Below are positions 23,801 through 32,488 of a stretch of 32,488 bases of DNA, in pieces. The position numbers and the translations under genes are program-made. Location: NCBI GenBank assembly GCA_023231475.1, contig JALJEE010002376.1, positions 1-32,488 of the forward strand, written 5' to 3'. The DNA comes from Seison nebaliae. Taxonomy: Eukaryota. The notes under the pieces were generated by a model. That model did no database searches. It had not been told where the DNA came from and was given only the letters and a program-made list of their open reading frames with translations. Numbering within the stretch: position 1 is the stretch's first letter; every line of letters starts with the position of its first letter.

Positions 23801-26800
23801 GAAGCAAGCGTCTGTGATGTGGAAGGTGTGACATTGTTATCGTTATGGAAACATGAATGTCAACGAGTTATCGCTGATCGATTCGTCTCCAACGAGGACA
23901 CGATATGGTTTGAAAAAACTATGACTAATGTGATGGAAGAACATTTCGATATTGAGGAATTGAAGAATCTGCCGAACGAAGCATATTTTGTAGATTTCCT
24001 TCGTGATGCACCCGAACCAACAGGAGAAGAAGAAGAAGATATGGATTTAGATGCACCAAAAATTTATGAAAGTTCCTCCGCTATCGAACCGATTCATCAC
24101 CGATTAAAACACTTCCAAGAACAATACAATGAAGTTGTTCGAGGAGGCAAATTAGATTTAGTGTTTTTTAACGATGCTGTCGTTCATTTAGTGAAGATTT
24201 CCCGTATACTCAACACACCGAAAGGACATGCTCTACTCGTCGGTGTTGGCGGTTCGGGAAAACAAAGTTTAACCAAATTGGCATCATTTATTGCTGGTTA
24301 TAAAATATTTCAAATAACATTAACTCGAGTGTATAACATATCGAATTTGATGGAAGATTTGAAATTTCTATATAAAGTTTCGGGAGAAGAAGGAAAAGGA
24401 ATCACTTTCATCTTTACTGATAATGAAATAAAAGATGAATCTTTCCTCGAATATATGAACAATATCTTAGCGTCAGGTGAAGTGTCCAATCTGTTTGCAC
24501 GTGATGAAATTGACGAAATTATCGGCAATTTAGCAATTCCGATGAAAAAAGAATTTCCAAAAATTCCTCAGACAAACGAAAATATTTACGAATATTTTCT
24601 GAAACGTGTTCTGAAAAACTTGCATGTGGTATTATGTTTTTCGCCTGTGGGTGAGAAGTTCCGTTCGAGAGCTCTAAAATTCCCCGCCTTGTTTTCTGGT
24701 TGTACAATGGACTGGTTTTCTCGATGGCCAAAAGATGCATTAGTTGCAGTATCGCGACATTTTATTGGGAATTTCGATGTAAAGTGTACACTCTCCGTCA
24801 AACAACAAGTTATGGAGGCTATGGGAGAATTCCAGGATATGGTCGCTGAACGTTGTATAACATATTTCAATCGTTTCCGACGTCAAACTCATGTGACACC
24901 CAAATCATATTTGAGTTTCATTTCCGGTTATATTGGAATTTATGAAAAGAAGATCGCTGAGATTCAGGCATTAGCGAGGCGAATGAATGTCGGATTGGAG
25001 AAGTTGGTAGAAGCGGGGAAAAGTGTGGAGATCTTACAGAAAGAATTGGAAGTGAAAGAGAAGGAATTGGTAGTTGCGAATGAGAAAGCGGAAAAAGTTT
25101 TGGGAATCGTCTCAGCTAAACAGAACGCTGCGGAGAAAGTGAAAAAACAGGTTTTTGCGGTGAAAGAGAAAGCTGAGAATATCGTCGCATTAATATCGAA
25201 AGATCGTGTGATAGCCGAAGAAAAATTGGAGGCAGCGAAACCGGCATTGGAACAAGCTGAAAATGCATTGAAAACCGTTAAAGCGGCAGACATAGCCACA
25301 GTTAAGAAATTAGGGACACCACCACATCTCATTATGAGAATTATGGACGTCGTGTCAATATTGTGTCGATCGAAATTAGTGCCAGTTACACAAGATCCGG
25401 AAAGAGCCTGTCCCACACCGTCATGGTCTGATGCACAGAGGTTAATGGCGAGTAACTTTCTCAATAGACTCCTTCTATTTCCAAAAGACACGATAAATGA
25501 TGAGATGGTTGAATTGATCCTTCCTTACTTCGACATGGAAGATTATAAATTGGAAATGGCTACCAAAGTTTGTGGTAATGTTTCCGGTTTGTTGAGTTGG
25601 ACACAGGCGATGGTCAACTTCTATAAAGTGAATAAAGACGTTTTGCCACTGAAGGCGAATTTAGCGGAACAAGAAGTCAGATATAAGGCAGCCATGGAAG
25701 ATTTAGATGATGCGGAACAACAATTGGCGGCGAAAGAAGCCGAATTGCAAGAAGTACAAGCCGAGTATGACAAAGCGATGGGAGACAAGAAATTTTTGGA
25801 AGACGATGCCAATGCTTGTAAACGGAAGATGGAAAATGCGAATATTTTAATCAATGGATTGGCAGGTGAGAAAATTAGATGGACCGAGGCGTCGAAAACA
25901 TTCCAAACACAAATAGATCATTTGGTGGGAGATGTTCTTTTAGCCACAGCTTTCCTGTCATATTGTGGACCGTTTAATCAACAATTCCGAACTGAACTCA
26001 TTAAACAATGGCGAAAGGAATTGATGATTAGAAAGATTCCTGTTTCTGATGAAATGGAATTAACGAAATTTCTCGTCGATTCTGCAACGATAGCCGAATG
26101 GAATTTAGAAGGTTTACCTAATGATGAATTGAGTATTCAAAATGGTCTTATAGTTACGAGTGCTACCAGATATCCACTTCTTATCGATCCGCAAGGACAA
26201 GGAAAAGTGTGGATAAAGAATCGGGAAGGTAAGAATGAATTACAATTAACGTCTCTCGACCATAAATATTTCAGGACGCATCTTGAAGATTGTTTGAGTT
26301 TGGGACGACCATTGTTAATCGAAGACATTGGTGAAACTCTCGATCCAGCCTTGGATAATATTTTAGAGAAAAATTTCATAAAATCCGGTTCGTCATTCAA
26401 AGTAAAGTTGGGAGATAAAGAGATTGATGTGATGAAAGATTTCCGTTTATATATCACCACCAAATTAGGCAATCCCTCTTATACGCCGGAAGTATCGGCG
26501 AGAACTGCAATCATCGATTTCACAGTTACTATGAAGGGATTAGAAGATCAGTTACTTGGTCTGGTAATTTTAAAGGAGAAAGCAGAATTGGAATCAGAAC
26601 GAACAAGTTTAATAGAAGAGGTGACATTAAATAAAAGGAAGATGAAGGAATTGGAAGATAATTTATTGGAACGACTTACCAGTACGGAAGGTAGTTTGGT
26701 CGAAGATGAAAATTTAATAAGTGTCCTCCAAAACACGAAGAAAACGAGTGTTGAAGTAAATGACAAATTGAGAATTGCGAGTGATACCGAAATGAAAATT

Positions 26801-29309
26801 ACAACAGCCCGAGAAGAATTCCGACCGGTTGCCATTCGAGGTTCCATTCTTTATTTCCTCATCGTTGAGATGAGTACGGTGAATTTGATGTATCAAACTT
26901 CTCTAAAACAATTCCTCCAATTGTTCAATTCATCAATGGAGAATTCGGCTAAATCACCAGTAACGTCCAAACGGATAGATATCGTCATCGATTTCCTTAC
27001 TTATGAGGTGTTCCGTTATACGGTACGAGGATTGTTCGAACAACACAAATTTCTTTTTGCTCTTCTACTCACTTTTAAGATTGATATGAATAGAGGAAGT
27101 ATTCGTTTTGAAGAATTCCAAACTCTAATCAAAGGTGGAGCTGCTTTGGATCTGAACAATGTAGAACCGAAACCCAAAAAATGGATTACTGACGTATCTT
27201 GGTTGAATTTGGTGGCATTGAGTTCATTGAATCAATTTACAACGATTACCCAACAAATATCGACAAACGATAAACAATGGAAGCAATGGTTCGATAGTGA
27301 GAAACCGGAGGAAGAAATTATTCCAGATGGATACGCATCATTCGACGTTTTTCGAAAACTGTTAATTGTTCGATCGATGTGTCCCGATCGGGTCGCTCCA
27401 ATGGCACGACAATATATCGCTGAGTCGATGGGAATGAGATATGCGGAAAGTGTCATCCTCAATTTGGAAGGAATGTGGAAGGAAAGTGATAACAGAACTC
27501 CATTAACATGTTTCCTGTCGATGGGAAGTGATCCGACCGACAACATAAACTCACTCGCTAAAAGACACAATATTCATTGTGGGGCGATATCGATGGGTCA
27601 AGGTCAGGAAGTTCATGCGCGCAGATTATTACAGTCAAGTATGAATGAAGGAAAGTGGATTCTTTTGCAGAATTGCCATTTGGGTTTATCGTTCATGGAG
27701 GAATTATTGGGAACGATAGTAGGTGGAGACGATAAAATGGACGAACAATTCCGTTGTTGGATAACGACAGAAGAGCATCCAAATTTCTCCATCAATCTCC
27801 TTCAGTCCTCCATCAAATATACAAATGAACCGCCACAAGGATTAAAATCAGGATTGAAACGAACCTATGCAGGAATTCCACAAGAAGTTTTCGATCTCAT
27901 AACAATGTCACAATGGAGAATTATGTTGTACGCTTTGGCCTTCCTCCATACCACCGTACAAGAGAGAAGGAAATTCGGACCGTTAGGATGGAATATTCCT
28001 TACGAATTCAATCAAGCCGATTTTACATCTACCATGCAATTCATTCAAATACATTTGGATGACTTAGATCCAAAAAGAGGTATCTCTTGGCAGACCGTTC
28101 GCTACATGATAGGTGAAGTACATTATGGAGGTCGTGTAACTGATGATTACGATAAAATTCTGTTGAACACTTATGCTAAGGTGTGGTTTGGGGAGCATAT
28201 GATGCAGGAACAATTCAGTTTCTCAAAGGGTTATCCTATTCCCAAATGTAAAACGTTACAAGAATTCCAAACGGCAATTGCCAATATGACCAACGTAGAT
28301 AATCCTGAATGTTATGGTTTGCATCACAATGCTGACATTACTTATCAAACGAAAACAGCCAATGAAATTTTATCAACCATACTCTCAATTCAACCGAAAG
28401 ATTCGGCGAGTGGAACTGGCGAAACTCGAGAAGATATTGTTTACCGTTTAGCGGAAGATATGTTGTCTAAATTGCCGACAGACTATATTCTTCATGAAGT
28501 TAAGGAAGCATTAGACGCGATGGGAAAATTGCAACCTCTAAATATTTTCCTGAAACAGGAAATTGATCGAATGCAGAAAGTTATAACAATCGTTCGGAAT
28601 ACGTTAACCGATTTAAAATTAGCCATTGACGGTACAATTATCATGAATTCCGGTCTTAAAGATGCCTTAGATAATCTTTATGATGCCATGGTTCCAAACG
28701 TTTGGAACCGAATATCCTGGGAATCCACCACAATTGGTTTCTGGTTCACTGAATTATTAGATAGAAACCAACAACTTCGTAATTGGATTTTCAAATCAAA
28801 ACCGAATAGTTTTTGGATGACCGGTTTTTTCAATCCGCAAGTTTTTTTCTAAACTTTTCCAAATTAAGTTTCATGATGAAATTATTTAGGGTTTCCTCAC
28901 TGCCATGAGACAGCAGATTACCAGGAATCACAAGGGATGGAGTTTAGATGCAGTGATTCTTCAGAATGAAATGACTAAAATGTTCCAGGAAGATGTTCAT
29001 CGTTCTCCGGAGGAAGGTGTCTATATTCACGGTTTATTTCTCGATGGAGCTGGTTGGGATAAACGAAACTCGAAATTGGCCGAACCCGTTTCCAAGGTCT
29101 TATTCACCGCCCTACCTGTTGTTCATGTATATGCTGAACCGTTGGAGAATACCAAGATTAATAAACAGCAAATGTTTTACGAGTGTCCTGTTTACAAGAA
29201 GCCACGTCGTACTGATTTGACATATATCTTTGCTCTGAATTTGAGGACGGTCAAAGATCCCTCACATTGGGTCCAACGTGGAGTCGCGTTACTTTGCGAT
29301 ATAAAATAA
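14803..29309 (+). CDS. DNAH5: Axonemal outer-arm dynein heavy chain (gamma type, DNAH5/DNAH8-like), ~4698 aa; exons 14803-18270, 18632-28840, 28890-29309
   Basis: Tail motifs [19 protein letters not shown] and [16 protein letters not shown]-loops [24 protein letters not shown] and GVGGSGKQS. Stalk/MTBD present. [18 protein letters not shown] is restored across a 49-nt intron, and the C-terminus is [14 protein letters not shown]. The exact paralog is uncertain. Confidence 0.9.
18271..18631 (+). other. 361-nt dynein intron, GTTAGT...GAAG (phase 0)
   Basis: Joins [20 protein letters not shown] in frame. The interior is T-rich with stop codons. Exact boundaries are inferred. Confidence 0.7.
28841..28889 (+). 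other. 49-nt dynein intron, GTTTTT...TTTAG (phase 0)
   Basis: Restores the conserved FNPQGFLTA motif exactly. Confidence 0.95.
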
Positions 29310-29680
29310 GTTAAATTTATCTTCCCCTTTCACTGAATCATTAATGCAATATTTCAGTCAAAATGTTCAATTAGGATGGCAATCCCAAAGAAGATTAAAA
29401 AAAACTTACTTAACTATTTAATTATATAAAAACCAAATTAATAAATTATTTTTGAAAAAATTGGATGAACAATTTTAACTTTACCTATTTCGAATAGTTT
29501 TTATAAATTTTTATGTTGATGACATAATCATAATTAGAAAACCATAAAACCAGATATTAGGACTTTAGTTTGAACGCAAGTTATACATTTTTATAACTAT
29601 AATATATGTAAAAGGTCAAAATATCACATGGACCTCTTACACCAAAAGAGGACACTCACATGGATGAACAGGAAAGAGAA

Positions 29681-29877
29681 CCCTAGTGTGAGTATAACTC
29701 AAATTTAAGTATTTTTTTATAAAAACAAATTTGTCTTTAAAATTTAGTCGATATTGACTCAAAACTAAGTTAGAAAGAATAAAATTGAGAAAAAAATGAG
29801 TTAGTTTTGAGTCAATATCGACAAAATCTTATAGACTCATATTTTTTATAAAAAAATTAGTCATACTCGCACTAGGG
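29681..29877. mobile_element. 197-bp MITE with CCC...GGG termini and an AA 2-bp flank (EnSpm/CACTA-like non-autonomous element)
   Basis: TIRs CCCTAGTGTGAGTATAACT / AGTCATACTCGCACTAGGG. Inner perfect 22-bp inverted repeat at 29747-29768 / 29801-29822. AA lies on both sides. Confidence 0.8.
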
Positions 29878-30587
29878 AAGGAAGAATCAACGACAGGATC
29901 GATGAGTGACAATATCTGTCATTAAGTATACTTACAAGAACACCATAATCAATCTTAATATTATGAATCTTTCTTGTTTACACATTTTCTTATTATCTGA
30001 CAGTGAAGCGTCGGAAAGCATGCGTTCACTTACATATCACACGTATAGGTCATTAATCTACTGAGCTATAAAACGACTATATAAATCGAACAAATTACAC
30101 TATCTGCATGCTTATTATTCTAAATCTATTAAATAAAGATACTTTTGAGCCGAATTGAGAAAGTTTTTTTATAACATTTTACCTGCTCCTCAACACAACA
30201 CTGCTTTTATCACAAATACACTCATTCACATTTTTTTAACCGACCAAAGTAACGCTACTGTCTATCTATACAACTATCTACAGTGTAGATAGTTCATACA
30301 CTATCATCACTAATCATAAATCTTTTGGCATTTTAGGGGATGTAAATTTATTCGAAGGTAGTAAGATAAAGGTTTCAAATTTTCAATCATTGGTGATTTC
30401 ATTTTCGAATAAACATTCTTTATCGATATCCGCCTGCTCACGTGCCTGCTACTTTCAACGGTTTACAGAACATAACGAGAAACAATGTTTCCTCCACCAA
30501 AGAAGAATTACTTATACTATATATATAGTATATATATAAAACATTATATTATAATATATATATATAATTAATTTTATACTATAATTT

Positions 30588-31620
30588 GGAAAACCAACAA
30601 AATATGAAAGAAAAAATAACTTGCACTTTGAATTATGATGGATTGCCACTCCACCATTGTGGTAAGTTGGAAGTATGACCATTATTAGTTCAACCAAATA
30701 TGAGCTGCTTGAAAATTATTTCCGGAAGAAGAAAGATTATGGTTTCATCTATCTATATAAGTGATAAAGGTCCATCTGAAAGCGTTAAAGAAAAGCAATT
30801 ATCGCATTTACATTCTTTCAAACAAATAACAATAACAAAATTGTTGTGATTTGCCGGCAAGAGCTAAATTGTTGTCAATGAATCAGTTCAACGGATATTA
30901 TTCTTGCTGCTTTTGCTTTATAAAAGGGAATTATTGTTCTGGATCAATGAATTTTCCAGTAACTGATAGTGTTAATAAGAGAACTATGGCATCATTCCAA
31001 TCGACTAAATATCCAGGATTGAAAAATACTTCATTAACAAAATGTGTGACCTTCCTTCTGCAATTTGTATAGATTATATGCATCAATCATTTTAGGGAAT
31101 TGATAAAAATCATTTTGTGAATAAATTGCCAAGTCATATTAAGCAATCCTTGAAAATTGAGCAATTGAACCGTTCATTTTTCCCAGGTCTTACACAAGAA
31201 AAATTTCGTGTGATAATTTTGCACAATGGAAAACATTCCAATACAAACAATATTTATTGTATGGAACATTCATAGATTTTGTGCAAACGAACTCTTTTGA
31301 TAATTTTTTAATTCATTTATACGGATTAATTATTGCTACTTTAAACATGCCTAGCACAATGGATAATTTATGTTCAATTGATTGCGTTTTAAATTTTTTT
31401 CTTGCCCACTATAATCGTATTTTACCTAAAGTTAACAAAGGAATGAATCTTCATTTGATTATCTTACCGAAAATATTAGAATTCATGGCGCTTTATGGTC
31501 CCATAGTGGATTTGTGTTTGAAAATTTTTTGGGAATCATCAAGAGAAACTATAAGGCAACAATTATTTCACAAAAAGTATTAGATCACATTGTTTCTAGA
31601 GGATCAACAGTTTTAAATCG
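30588..31620 (+). pseudogene. Decayed EnSpm/CACTA (CMC superfamily)-type DDE transposase
   Basis: Motifs in order across frames: TLNYDGLPL...EV*PLL (30625-30687), CCDLPARAKLLSMNQFNGYYSCCFC (30842-), IDYMH (31069-31083) and NLHLI..LTENIRIHGALWSHSGFVFENFLGIIKR (~31446-31546), with stops and frameshifts. Confidence 0.8.
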
Positions 31621-32488
31621 CACCAACAAAATATATAACCACATGTTTATTGTGACGAAAGAAAAAAAAATTGTTTAACAAACTCGGTAACAAAAAAATA
31701 TTATTAATGTTTAGAAAGAAGCTAATTATACAATTGAAAAGTTTCGGTGTAATTTAATGTTAGTTTTGTGGACGACGTTTTCAATGGGCTTAAATAAATT
31801 TTTAAAAGTTGTCAATCCGATTTTGAACATGTTATCAATGTGAATAAATGCCATGTGATGTAAAGACGGATAATTGAGTAATGATATATATGAATTGAGT
31901 TATGATAATTGAATTCCACTCAATAATATTTATATTATTGAATATAATGAATTGAGTAAATTAACTTTCTATAAGTTTATAGGAATCGATAATTGTAATT
32001 GATGTGATTGATTAAAGAGAAGACTTGTTCGACCTCTAAAGAGAAGTCATCTGAATAATGGTGAGGATGAAGGTTTATTGCTCCACATATCAATTTACTT
32101 CGGTACTGAAATGTTGGTGTTCCATTTCCAATGTCATATTAAGAAGTCTTCCGATCGATTTTGAGTGTTTCATTTGAATTTCCTCGTTTTTCCTCAATTG
32201 ACCAGAACGTTAATTGACAACAATTCTACCAGTTACTATTGTCATAAACTATTTCATTTCACTTTAATGGGTTCTTATTAAGCGATTGACGATTTTCTCA
32301 CGTTTCCTTGTCATGCGATTAATAAACCTGAATAATAAAGTAAACTTCAACATTTCACTTCAATCTTTACGTGGAGACGATATCTACTCGTTCAACATTT
32401 TCATATCCACCACTTGCACACAATTGAGAATGAGTCGTGTGAAATGTGTGAAAGTTGTTTATGAATAAATTTGGGAAATTTAACATTC

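Noticed and set aside
15342..27795. Many 60-175 aa antisense or alternative-frame ORFs within the dynein (also within SMC5, RSPH3 and MCT)
   Set aside because: Shadow ORFs arising from codon bias, with no recognisable motifs.
14803..29309. Dynein split into three genes, or a pseudogene
   Set aside because: Two GT-AG introns join the three ORFs in frame and restore conserved motifs.
29607..29641. Short hairpin TGTAAAAGGTC...GACCTCTTACA as a Helitron end or terminator
   Set aside because: No adjacent CTRR end of its own, and too short to distinguish from chance.
30512..30585. TA-rich tract resembling 1096-1165 as a shared repeat family
   Set aside because: The similarity is explained by low-complexity TA content.
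30676..30678. TGA at a conserved Trp position suggesting an alternative genetic code
   Set aside because: It lies in a frameshifted transposase relic. Host genes use TGG for Trp, and LRRC51 ends with TGA.
31980..32488. Possible exons at the right end
   Set aside because: No recognisable translation in the frames I read, so I cannot support a gene call.

Overview
AT-rich, gene-dense eukaryotic (animal) genomic DNA, not prokaryotic. The compact layout with ~43-55 nt introns suggests a small invertebrate such as a rotifer-like spiralian (low-confidence inference). Genes in order: SMC5 (+, intronless), mitochondrial ribosomal protein L9 (+), an SLC16/MCT-type MFS transporter (-), LRRC51 (-), RSPH3 (-), an NDRG-family alpha/beta-hydrolase-fold gene (+, 9 exons, reconstructed by hand) and a ~4,700-aa outer-arm axonemal dynein heavy chain, DNAH5/8-like (+, 3 exons). 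Mobile DNA: tail-to-tail LINE remnants at the left end, a 367-bp foldback/MITE, a 197-bp CCC...GGG MITE and a decayed EnSpm/CACTA-type transposase. Most unusual signal: 11 of the 12 introns reconstructed from protein continuity begin with GTT rather than GTA/GTG. The three long introns all use GTTAG, which suggests a lineage-specific shift in 5' splice-site recognition. Also notable are a candidate 39-nt cassette microexon carrying an RRxS motif, X-box/forkhead motifs upstream of the ciliary genes, and possible operon-like gene pairs with unpaired splice acceptors.
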